Shown here piece by piece: positions 22,301-31,970 of a stretch of 64,000 bases of DNA. Every line of letters begins with the position of its first letter. Positions within the stretch are counted from its first letter, which is position 1. The stretch is from contig NC_047067.1 in the NCBI RefSeq assembly GCF_902459465.1, forward strand, positions 62,001 to 126,000, given 5' to 3'. The notes under the pieces were generated by a model, which saw only the letters and a list, made by a program, of their open reading frames with translations, searched no databases and had not been told where the DNA came from. A program made the translations under genes and the position numbers. This stretch comes from Asterias rubens (Eukaryota).

Positions 22301-25300
22301 ACTTTAATAACGATTACAAATAATTACACCATATTCGTTTCTCCTTGGTCTTATTCTAGTTGTTGTGTAATACTCTGCTTCTTAATTCATTTTCAATTAA
22401 GACACATCCTGCTTTGTCTGTGTGCATCTATGATCATAAGTGACCGGTACAGACCGTGATTATCGTTGCCCCAAGCGAGAGGAAGATGATGCTCCTTCTA
22501 TACAGAAGCCTATACTGTGAAGCAAGAGATGCAGATGGACAAATAGAGGACAATATATGCCCCGATGGCTCCGGCGAGAAACAGCGGGAATACGAAATGA
22601 GGAGACTGTAAGATCGTGCAATAGAATGCCTACTTCCTCATCAGTATGAAGCTAAGGATGAACATAGAGATAAGGACAAGCAGTTCGGGGAACGTAATGG
22701 TTGTCCGTCGTATTAAACAGTCTCAGCAAATATTGTGAAGGGTATCAATGACATGTATGCCTACAGTAAGGCGCCGTTTTAAATTTATATATTTTGGAGG
22801 GGGGATGTCATGTCGATGCAATTCATTATTTGAAATAGTTGTCTAATTTTTTTTTCTTTTCGAGTACCACCATTAATAACTATAAGCGATACGTTGTCAA
22901 TTCATTCATAATACCAAACACTGAGTATAAGTGCTGAACGATTTAAAGCCATCGGACACTTTCGGTACAGATTTTTTTTTTTTAAGTTCACAGATTTACA
23001 AATAACTTACAGGGTTTACAGAAGGTAATGGTGACAGACTTCTCTTGAAATATTATTCCATGAAATGCTTATACTTTTTGAGAAAACATAAAAACAATAT
23101 AAATTCTCGATATCGAGAATTACGTATTTATTTTAAACACATGTCATGACGCGGCGAAACGTGCGGAAACAAGGGTGAGTTTTCCCTTTATTTTCTCCCG
23201 ACTCCGATGACCGATTGAACCTAAATTTTCACAGGTTTGTTATTTTATATAGAAGTTGTGATACACAAAGTGTGAGCCTTGGACATCACTGTTTACCGAA
23301 AGTGTCCAATGGCTTTAAAGCAAATAATGCGAAATCTTGACTTGATAATCACATTATATAATTTATAAAGGTCATGTTGCTATTGTTGGACATCAACTGG
23401 ATGAATCCACACTTCAGCTTTTTGTACACGACGTATACTATCACGTTAACAAGATCCATTCCTCAATGTGTTTATCCCTCCTCAGTCATCGGCCAAGAGG
23501 GCTCGAGGGGAGAGCAAGGGGGAAGACTGTCTTCTCAAACAAGGGCAAAGCAGTGGGAGAATTGGGAACAGCTACAGGACATTTTTTAACGTCGTTTTTT
23601 CATGGTTTTTTGTCTGAATCTTTGTTAAAAGTCACAAGAATCATTGGATATTAATTAATAATTAGGCCCTAGTATACCATTCACTCGACTTAGATTTGGT
23701 TTGCTTAAATTAATGCGAATAGCCAAGTCACTTCTTGTGAAATCGGTCTCGTATGAAAAGGTCTGTTGATAAAGTTCGAACACCAAGCTTTAGCAATATA
23801 TTTAAATTTATATCGGCATTTAATTTCAAAGATGGCCAGCCTTTGAGTTCAATGTGATGTCTCAAGTTACCAATATTTTTGTATAAATCACACAGTTAAT
23901 AAATAATCAAATTAACGATCGATCAAACATCACAATGACATGAACGTAAGAACCGTCAGATATCTTTTCCGATGACTGCATGATCATAGGCAAAGTATAC
24001 CTTTGGTTTTCGGAACCGCTCGACTGTAGCTTAACCCTAATATGAAATTAATGTACATCATGTTATATTAATGTCATTTCATTCGGTAGCGTTTTTGAGA
24101 TTTTGCCGGAAATTAATTGAACAAAAAGACGGGAAATTGTACGATTTCACGAGGCACTAAAATTCATCTTGACTTTAGAATGGGATGTTTGTATTGTGAC
24201 TCAGAGTGCTGCAAGATTTGCTGCAAAACAAAAGGGCTTTTTAATAAGGACTAACCTTATCCGAGAAGATGCACTCCCTAGCTGATATTCCAATCACGGG
24301 GATACCATAGAATCCACAGGTATAAGAAACAGATACCGATGACATGTACAACTCAGGAGAGTAACCCGAGATGACAGCGTATACCTGAATAATTATATTG
24401 ACCAACAAAAAAGACAAACATTCATTAAAACCGTGACATTGTGACAAATAACCTGAATATATTGACCCCAACAGAAAGACATTCATTAAAACCATTACAT
24501 TTTGACAAAAGGACAGCGTATTCCCAAATATTGACCCAAATAAAGAAAGATCTTCATTAAAACCATGACATTGTGACAAGAGGACAGCGTATACCTGAAT
24601 ATATTGACCCCAAAAGAAAGACATTCATTAAAACCATGACATTGTGACAAGAGGACAGCGTATACCTGAATATATTGACCCCAAAAGAAAGACATTCATT
24701 AAAACCATGACATTGTGACATGAGGACAGCGTATACCTGAATATATTGACCCCAAAAGAAAGACATTCATTAAAACCGTGACATGCGGACAGCGTATACC
24801 TGAATATATTGACCCCAAAAGAAAGACATTCATTAAAACTATGACATTGTGACAAGAGGACAGCGTATACCTGAATATATTGACCCCAAAAGAAAGACAT
24901 TCATTAAAACCATGACATTGTGACATGAGGACAGCGTATACCTGAATATATTGACCCCAAAAGAAAGACATTCATTAAAACCATGACATGGTGACAAGAG
25001 GACATCGTACCCAAATATTGACCCAAATAAAGAAAGATCTTCATTAAAACCATGACATTGTGACAAGAGGACATCGAACACCTGAATATTATTATTGACC
25101 CCAAAAGAAATACATCATTAAAACCATGACATGGTGACAAGAGGACAGCGTATACGTAAATATAGACCCAAACAAGAAAGACATTCATGACATCTGGGAC
25201 CGGCCTAATATCATGGAACGATCTGCTTTTGCCCATACCGTGTGTGTGTATTAGGGGCACCGTAAGTGCAGAATCGCTGAACGTGAATGTTTAGTTCTTA

Positions 25301-26336
25301 GGGAAATCGAGTCATGGGCAGTCATTAGCAGAACCACCTGAACTCATTTCTAGAGATTATCACTTCATATACACGGTGTACTTTAAGCAGTCTGTTTTTA
25401 AATGAACGGTCTTGATCGTATAACTCCAAACATGGTCCAAAAACTCCCTCTGCAATGTAAAATGTCATAATTTATAGGGTGATGTCACACTAGAAGGTGA
25501 AAAATCCTTCTTTTGTAAATTGGAAAGCAAAAGTGCGTTGGTCAATATAGGCGGTTGGATTTGAAGTCGGTGTTTTTACCCATTTCATTTGAACTGACAA
25601 TAAGTAAGGTAATGATAAAAAGTGTGAACCTGTGTTTGACTATCGTTTCTCTGGTCCGGATTCCGGATCGCACTCATTATTATTGAATGCAGCTATAGGT
25701 ACATGAGACCCAGATCTTTGTGAGCCTGGCCATGAATCATCCAAAAAATATAGTTTTGCAGATTGGGGTTAATCCGGAAGACGGATCTGGCCAAAATGAA
25801 GACTGTCGTCCGGGTACAGCCGCAGATTGGGGTTAATCCGGAAAACGGATCTGGTCGAAATGAAGGCTGTGGTCCTGGTAAAGAATTGTGTGATTTATAA
25901 GGGTTCCTGACTGGGCGAAATGAAGGCTATCGTCCGGACCACAGATTGGGGTTAATCCGGAAAACGGATCTGGTCGAAATGGAGGCTGTGGTCCGGGTAC
26001 AGTCACTGTGTATTCAGGGTTACTTACCTCATTCGGAATAATCTTTTCACACACTCTGATTGCTGACTGGATGGGATTGTTGGTCATAATAATGGAGGTA
26101 ACATTGAGCCTGTAGTTTCCCGGTAGGATCCGGCTGTTCTCATTCACCTCCCGGACCGCTACCTGTAAGGTCTCCATGTCTTCTACTGTGTTCATCATAG
26201 CACCGATGTGGATCTCACAGATATCTGTCCCCGTGGTGGCGGGAAGGACACGGGCGACGTGGAAGAGGAACGAGAAGGCCAAGGAGATGACAAAGTAGCG
26301 ATGTCCAAGTACGATACGATGGCTGTGTGGCATCAT
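7978..26336 (-). CDS. grin1: Ionotropic glutamate receptor, NMDA type, GluN1 subunit; 16 coding exons, 899 aa (whole-gene span)
   Basis: All 16 exons join with GT-AG sites in consistent phase (sum 2700 nt). GluN1 hallmarks: [46 protein letters not shown] (N-site), [32 protein letters not shown]. Confidence 0.95.
8744..8889 (-). CDS. grin1: grin1 coding exon 15 (M4 and C0)
   Basis: GVFLLVAGG...[13 protein letters not shown]; acceptor gtgcag|, donor AGG|gttagt (an alternative donor lies 6 nt upstream). Confidence 0.9.
9911..9990 (+). mobile_element. tRNA-like SINE head or tRNA pseudogene relic
   Basis: Degenerate A-box (agttggtagagcg) and B-box (ggttgatcgtccc); no intact cloverleaf. Confidence 0.4.
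10101..10230 (-). CDS. grin1: grin1 coding exon 14
   Basis: [12 protein letters not shown]...WITSQQC...TLGLSSMG; tttcag| acceptor, G|gtaggt donor. Confidence 0.9.
10292..10428. repeat. Compound (CAA/CAG)n microsatellite in grin1 intron 13
   Basis: Directly visible run of caa/cag/cat triplets. Confidence 0.9.
10485..10626 (-). CDS. grin1: grin1 coding exon 13
   Basis: [38 protein letters not shown]; ttttag| acceptor, |gtgagc donor. Confidence 0.95.
11075..11456. mobile_element. Fully palindromic ~380-bp MITE, TTAA/AGG...CCT termini (Kolobok/T2-like)
   Basis: Terminal arms aggaacacgttgcctt.gatcggacgagttggt / accaactcgtccgatccaaggcaacgtgttcct; the arms stay complementary to the centre; TTAA at the right end. 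Confidence 0.85.
11849..12006 (-). CDS. grin1: grin1 coding exon 12
   Basis: [53 protein letters not shown]; GG|gtaagc donor. Confidence 0.95.
12352..12500 (-). CDS. grin1: grin1 coding exon 11 (M3)
   Basis: [49 protein letters not shown]. Confidence 0.95.
13024..13246 (-). CDS. grin1: grin1 coding exon 10 (M1-M2)
   Basis: [13 protein letters not shown]...YLLDRFSPF...[16 protein letters not shown]. Confidence 0.95.
13550..13711 (-). CDS. grin1: grin1 coding exon 9
   Basis: [47 protein letters not shown]. Confidence 0.95.
14056..15182. repeat. ~30-32-bp minisatellite, ~1.1 kb, in grin1 intron 8
   Basis: Tandem variants of catagctcaatagcattacacgttgccaacac with no unique spacers. Confidence 0.95.
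15254..15372 (-). CDS. grin1: grin1 coding exon 8
   Basis: [39 protein letters not shown] (absent from the ORF track, found by manual translation). Confidence 0.95.
16243..16348 (-). CDS. grin1: grin1 coding exon 7
   Basis: [35 protein letters not shown]; ctcttag| acceptor, A|gtaagt donor. Confidence 0.9.
16954..17185 (-). CDS. grin1: grin1 coding exon 6
   Basis: [25 protein letters not shown]...PVWPGG...PTHLR. Confidence 0.95.
17633..17932 (-). CDS. grin1: grin1 coding exon 5
   Basis: [28 protein letters not shown]...APEGVIG...[10 protein letters not shown]...SDC. Confidence 0.95.
18384..18484 (-). CDS. grin1: grin1 coding exon 4
   Basis: [33 protein letters not shown]; phase fits both neighbours. 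Confidence 0.9.
19084..19338. mobile_element. MITE with 29-bp TIRs (GGGTGC start; PIF/Harbinger-like, tentative)
   Basis: tgggtgcattcttttagcttccctgtgtc vs the reverse complement of the right end, tgggtgcgttcgtttagcttccctgggtc (3 mismatches); no clean TSD. Confidence 0.7.
19545..19724 (-). CDS. grin1: grin1 coding exon 3
   Basis: [43 protein letters not shown]. Confidence 0.95.
19963..20114. repeat. Direct duplication, period 83 bp
   Basis: taaagtcatgtaaacaataagaac..aagcgcattacaata occurs twice, at 19963 and 20046. Confidence 0.9.
20792..21170. mobile_element. Second copy of the palindromic Kolobok/T2-like MITE
   Basis: TTAA|aggaacac..ccttggatcggacgagttggt ... ccaaggcaacgtgttcct; same family as 11075. 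Confidence 0.85.
22947..23314. mobile_element. MITE with TTAA TSD and agccat(c/t)ggacactttcggta TIRs (Kolobok-like)
   Basis: TTAA at 22943-22946 and 23315-23318; TIRs near-perfect; an inverted partial copy lies at ~27465-27650. Confidence 0.85.
24256..24384 (-). CDS. grin1: grin1 coding exon 2
   Basis: [43 protein letters not shown]; attcag| acceptor, AAG|gttagt donor. Confidence 0.9.
24372..25175. repeat. ~71-bp minisatellite (~12 units) built from the grin1 exon-2 acceptor region
   Basis: Unit ggacagcgtatacctgaatatattgaccccaaaagaaagacattcattaaaaccatgacattgtgacaaga; overlaps the first 12 nt of exon 2. Confidence 0.95.
25758..26003. repeat. Three imperfect copies of a ~60-bp unit just inside grin1 intron 1
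   Basis: cagattggggttaatccggaa.acggatctgg at ~25759, ~25823 and ~25942. Confidence 0.85.
26028..26336 (-). CDS. grin1: grin1 coding exon 1 (signal peptide and start of the amino-terminal domain)
   Basis: ATG at 26336, hydrophobic signal-like stretch, IHIGAM..., [15 protein letters not shown]; GAG|gtaagt donor; upstream acceptor gtgcag| at 26419. Confidence 0.9.
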
Positions 26337-26792
26337 TTTCTTAATCTGTTTGATTTGTTTTGCCGATTTTAGTGTATCTAACTTGTTCTTCTTTTCCCGC
26401 TTGGTTCAACTGTACGATCCTGCACATATAACAAGCGATAGCTCATTGATGCAAACTCAGCATGGTAAAATAGAGTTCCACAACTGACGGGAGCTATTAC
26501 CCCATGTTCGGAGGAGCATTTCAATTCATTAAAAAACATGATAATTTGATATCACAAACTACACTTTTTTTTTTCTTTTTTTTTTTTACTAAGCGCAATT
26601 ATGCGTTACAATATTCGAATAAATTTAACATGGAAAGCTTGAAGAATTTATTGAAAGGAATTCAAACCATGACAACGATGAGTTGAGATTTGTAGTGAGA
26701 GTGGATGACAGTGTAAATAATGGACATGGTTAAACATGGCGTCCCACGCGTCATCCATGAAACATTATAGAGAAAAATCACAATTTTCTTAC

Positions 26793-27090
26793 CTGAACAC
26801 AATGTCAGTCGTCTTCAATCAATTCTGATCATCCCGTGAAGGTGCTCATCGAAACAGATCGCCCGTAAAAGAGCCTACAGTGGCCCGACCATTAGCTATG
26901 CCACCGGTATGAAAAGACACGGCCGTTCTTATTGACGAGCTGTCCGCTTGCCGGAGACCAGCCGTAACTGCTCCCTTGCACTCTTGGCATTTGACATGCG
27001 TAATACAATCGATGCAGATTTCATCAGCGGCGCATAGTAGGACGTTATCAACAACCTCGTAGTGCGAGATGTTGGTGATCACATGCTGCT
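26793..27090 (-). other. Probable 5'-UTR exon of grin1
   Basis: Acceptor ccctttacag|cag near 27090 and strong donor CAG|gtaaga at 26793/26792, upstream of the coding-exon-1 acceptor. Confidence 0.45.
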
Positions 27091-28624
27091 GTAAAGGGTG
27101 GTGGTTTGGAAACAGTCAAGCACAAAATGTTTATTTGATTTCCTGCTAGGGGTAGGGTCTATGCTCGAAACGAGGTTAATTTGATGTTCTTTGCTCGAAT
27201 CGTACAGCACGTAATGGTGCTTAATACTTAACATTATGCCGTTGGATTAACATCTCATGATAATAATGAGCATTGCAATGATTGTCAATTTGAGTCAAGG
27301 GACTCAGTAGGCCATACGCTATTGCAGACTGTCGTCGCTATTTAAGGTGGTTGTTGTCCTGTTGACCCAGATATCTAGTAAGTGATCGTGATCGTGGATG
27401 TTTGTTAAAGCATGGAGGTAGAAATGGTTAAAGCAATCGCACAACATCGGTAAACACGCATTGTCCAAAGGCCCACACTTCGTGTATCACAACTTATACA
27501 TAAATAACAAATCTGTGAAACTTTAGGCTCAATCAGTCAGGAGTCGGGAGAAAATAACGGGAAAACCCAGCATTGTTTCCGCACGTTTCGCCGTGCCATG
27601 ACATGAGTTTAAAATAAATTCGTTATTCTCGATATCAAGAATATAGTAATTTTGATAATGTGTTGGTCTAATTGTAGAAAGATCTCCAGGCAACCCCTGC
27701 GTGTATTGCGTGCAACTTGACTCACTGCACACAAAGTATCTCAATACATGTTAAAATGAAAATTAACTCCGTACAAGATTTGAAAATAATGTATTATCTG
27801 TGGAATTGCAACAGAAACATAATGGTTTGACTGTATTTTAAGCAGTTCTCAATGCGTGCTCGTCCTTCTGCTTTTGGGGATTTTTGAACTGTTCTGAGAT
27901 TATTTGTTACATGATCTTTGTGATTTTTGTGTTTGTCTTGGCCCTGATTTCAATCTTCATCGTTTTGGGGGCATGTGGAAACATACGCCTTAAGGTGTCT
28001 TAACTTGTTACTTGTATAATCTCATGATGGGTATCCCACTGTCGTATATCGTATACAAAAGTATTATGTTTGTACCAGAATAAATATTATTATAATTACT
28101 ATTTACATTATAAATTCGCCTTTCCTTGCTTGCCGTTGCTTGCGTCTGGTCCTCTTTCTGACATCCAGTAATAGGCACTATACATTGTGTGGTCATTAAT
28201 GCCGAAGGCCCATCGCACTATTATAAATTGCTTTGTTCAATTGACCATTGTAATTATGATTATTATTCAACTGTGAATGAGTCCCGTGCACCATTAAACC
28301 TCCGTGATTCATTTTCTGTTTCATAGAGTGTTATCAAGGTTATCACTATGCAATTATTGTACTGTGTATGGACAATACAGTTTTATTGTAATGTAATGTA
28401 TTGTCTGTGCAGCACATGTGGTAAAAATAATTTTCTGACCGATTATTTGTTATTGTACCGGCCAAAGGATTAGTTGCAACAATTTTGAGTTGCATGCAGA
28501 TAAAAGTTGAATCTGTCCGTATTCTTATTTTAGCGAGGAATTCCTTCGAAGGCGATTGCCAAACCTCCTCCACCAAATTCAAAACCTTATGTGTGACGAA
28601 TAGGCCTACCCTAGCTTAAACATC

Positions 28625-28868
28625 TGACGTCATACTTCGAGGCTCGGAGCTCTGGTGTTGGATGAGCCTACGCCAATTCCCGTCCATACTTCACCTAAAT
28701 GCTTTCACATGGAGAATCGAGTCAAATTAAACCACAGCACACTGCATGTTCTGTATTTTGATTGGTCCGAGGTTATGTTTTTCAGCTGCACCCGCATCCT
28801 CTGACCAATCGAGCCGAAGATATGTAAAGCCTACGTCACTGTACAAAATCAATCAATTATTATCCAAT
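28625..28868. promoter_or_regulatory. Putative promoter cluster between the divergent grin1 and insc genes
   Basis: Full CRE TGACGTCA 28625-28632, ATTGG 28761-28765, CCAAT 28805-28809 and 28864-28868, half-CRE CGTCA 28834-28838. Confidence 0.4.
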
Positions 28869-29079
28869 GAAAACACACGGACTCATATAATGTTTTAGGA
28901 CACTCAGGTCATCATGACAACAGTCACCAGAAATTGCACTGGCTGCCTATCATAAACAGGTTGACTTCAAATTGTGTACAATGTCTTCACCATACGTTAT
29001 AATGTGACATCCTCACTTAACATTTGATAAGCATATTGCCGAAGTTTGTAAGAATGTATATTATTATCTGTTCAATATC

Positions 29080-29480
29080 CGTCATGTCCGTAAAAAATAC
29101 TTAACAACTGATCGTGACTGTACAGAAAAAAATTATCCATGCTTTAGTAACAAGCAGGTTAGATTATTGTAACAGCTTATTTTGGGGTTTGCCTGACACA
29201 CAGATTAACAAACTGCACAGGTTTCAGAATGCTTGTGCTGGACTGATATATTATGTAATTCCTCTAGATAATCTCGATGTAGTCCGTTGTTAAATGAGTT
29301 ACACTGGTTACCGGTTCGACAAAGAATAGCATTTAAAGTTCTTTTATTGACTTATAAAGTCATTCATGGTTTAGCACCAACATACATTCAAGAACTCATA
29401 ACCATGAAACCCCTCTCTCAGTATCAATCAACCTACCGTCTCAGGAGTTCTCAAGATCCCACATTGTTATTATGCATAGT
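29080..29480 (+). mobile_element. L2/CR1-group LINE ORF2 3' relic
   Basis: LHWLPVRQRIAFKVLLLTYKVIHGLAPTYIQELI...YRLRS; upstream ...SRLDYCNSL...LPDTQINKLHRFQN. Confidence 0.8.
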
Positions 29481-29579
29481 ATAAACAAAGTTTGCCCTGA
29501 ATCTATTCATAGGCCTACACTTTTGAAAAACAATATTATTAAATTTTCTCATCTTGAACTCAAGAGGGCGCTAACCTCC

Positions 29580-29814
29580 TCTGCGCGAGCTGCGAGTGGC
29601 AGACTTCCAATGCATGCTCTGTCCGCCGTCTCTCTGTGTGTGATGTAGTTTATAATGCAAAGCATGCAGCGTGCGGGACCGGTGGCTGCAGTATCATACA
29701 CGTTCTTGACAGCTGGAATCATTGCACAGTCTGTTTGCCCTCTGTTTCTTGGTTTCTTGAAGGATTAATTGAAGATATTGCAAGCTGAACAGTTGATGCA
29801 TGCTGATGCTGCTG
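29580..29814 (+). other. Candidate non-coding first exon of insc (5' boundary approximate)
   Basis: GC-richer stretch ending in CTG|gtaagt at 29814/29815, oriented toward insc; its ATGs do not join the next mapped exon in frame. Confidence 0.3.
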
Positions 29815-31329
29815 GTAAGTATACTAACAGTAACACTACAGGCATTGATAATGAGTGAAATTAACATGACGATGTTGTGGTCAAACAAGTTTCCAAATAT
29901 CTCCAACAAGTCCAAGTTTAGTTTAAAGTTTAGGCTAGGTGGGATCATAGACTCATTACTCATGACTCCAACACTACATAAATCAGAATAGAAAGGCTGG
30001 TCTTTGATTGCCGAATCATAGACTCAGAGACTGAGTTTTGTGTATGAGCTGTATTAGTCATATTAGTTTACTCAGTTACCAGGGAGCTAGCATCCTGCAT
30101 ACAGTTGGTTGAGCTCCTCGTCCAACCCGCAACTGGCAGCTAGAGCTCCAGACCAATGCACTGACTCTCACTGAGGTCCTTTCCAGGGCCTGCTGTGGTA
30201 AGTATAGCTGTGGTTCTTGTTCTGGTGAATTACTGCACATTTCGGATGTACGTGCAGATGACTGAACAGCAATGATTAACATGAAGTGGGCCCCCATGTT
30301 TCTGCTCTATGCCCTTGATGTTACCCAGTATCCATAGCTTGAAGTTTACTTAATTATTAAAAATACTAATCTGTAGTCACGCTCCATACCTGAATAACTC
30401 CATGACTTATTTTGCCAAATTGTTGATACCCGGCCAGGACCATGTGTGATGTGTGTGTTGGTTCCCTGCTGTGTCACAAGAGTTTTCCAGACCATCTGGT
30501 TTTCCTCCCTTGGCCCTTGGGAAAACTCCAACACTTTTTGATCTGTCTCTCTGTGGTTGTGCCCAGTGGTCATAATGAGTTGATGTGGCTGCCAAAGGCA
30601 CCCTTGCAGGATTGCCTACTTCTTCTCAAACATGTGTGTTTACGCTAGGCAGAAATGATTTTGTGAGCAATATTTTTGAAAAGAAGTTTGATGCCCTGCC
30701 CCCCCCCCCCCCCCTTGAAAAAAAGACAAGAATTTTGTGCAGGTCCTGGGGGCTAGTTGTACCTTTGCATGCAAATCTTTATAAAATCCTTATTTCAAGT
30801 TGTTGATGACGTACTACCCTGGGCTGGATTATACAAATCATCTTATTCTTTAAACAGAGTGATTGGTATTATTGACACAAGACTTTGCTTAAAAATAGAT
30901 TGACACATATAATTCATTTTGTAGCTTATTTTATGTAGTTTTAGTTAAAGTTGCTTGTTAAAGTCTGAAGTCTGACGGTCTTGATTGGTTTTATTGCATT
31001 TTGTGGACTTAGTGGACATGAGGGTTGAGGGATGCAAAGTTTTTTGTCAGGGATGGAAAAATGCCAAAATGAAACGCATTCTGAAATTGTATTCAGTAGG
31101 CCAAAATATACTTAAAGTTAATAATACATGATAATGAATAATGGCAAACCACAGATGTAGTCAAGACAATAACAATTTAAACGGAAGTTGAGTAAATAAT
31201 GACAAACAGGACAACATCAAGGCATAGGGTGAAGCAAGGCTTTTGTTCCTGCACCTACGGACAGACAAAAAACGAACAAACAAACAAACACACCAACAAA
31301 CTATCACAACACTGACTTACCTAAAAAAA

Positions 31330-31970
31330 CATGTACATGTATGGGTATAAAGACAAAACATCATCCGAAAAATATATCATAACTTTTCATTATTAACTAT
31401 GAATTAAGGACTGTTTTTAATTTTTTTGCAAATTCTGACAAAGTAAGTGCAGATTTAAGTGAATCACTGAGACAATTCCAATATGTAGTGCCACGTTGGA
31501 GAAGACTAATTCTAAATAAAGATGTTCTGTTGAAATGGACATAAAGATTTTTCTTACGAGTACTTTGAGTATCATACGAATGAATATTTGAAGTTAAGGT
31601 AAAGAAAGAGTTAAAACAAGAGGGTGATGCATTATGGTTGTATTTATACATAAACTTACCTAAGTTAAGGCGATAAAGATCATTTGATTTTAGAAGTTTA
31701 AATTGTTCAAAAAGTGGAGCTGAATGAACCTGATAACCAGCATAATAGAAATGATTCGAACAGCCCGCTTTTGTAAAGTAAATAGTTTCTTACACTGAGT
31801 TGAAGAACACCCCCAAATGAGAATGCAATAGTTTAAATACGGCAGAACAAAAGAATTATAGATGGTGGTCAATAAGATATTACCAGGTAGGAAAAACTTT
31901 AAACGATTCATTATACCTATATGTTTAGATATTTTAATTGATACATCTTTGATATGATTTTTCCGAGTTA
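31330..31970 (-). mobile_element. Degenerate non-LTR retrotransposon RT 3' fragment (CR1/Crack/Daphne-like)
   Basis: IYNSFVLPYLNYCILIWG...LQKRAVRII and FRISLLQRGTTYWNCL, split by frameshifts. Confidence 0.75.

Noticed and set aside
24372-25175. REST/RE1 sites in the minisatellite (GGACAGCG)
   Set aside because: Only the right half-site is present; the TTCAGCACC left half is missing.
25833-26027. Extension of the grin1 exon-1 ORF past NE (VSNPEYT...)
   Set aside because: It is read-through into intron 1 across a canonical GAG|gtaagt donor and a local repeat, with no GluN1 similarity.
30697-30714. Poly-C/poly-G tracts (also ~5756, ~15748, ~43620, ~43704, ~45075, ~46378, ~48196) as G-quadruplex elements
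   Set aside because: They are single homopolymer runs, error-prone in sequencing, with no supporting pattern.
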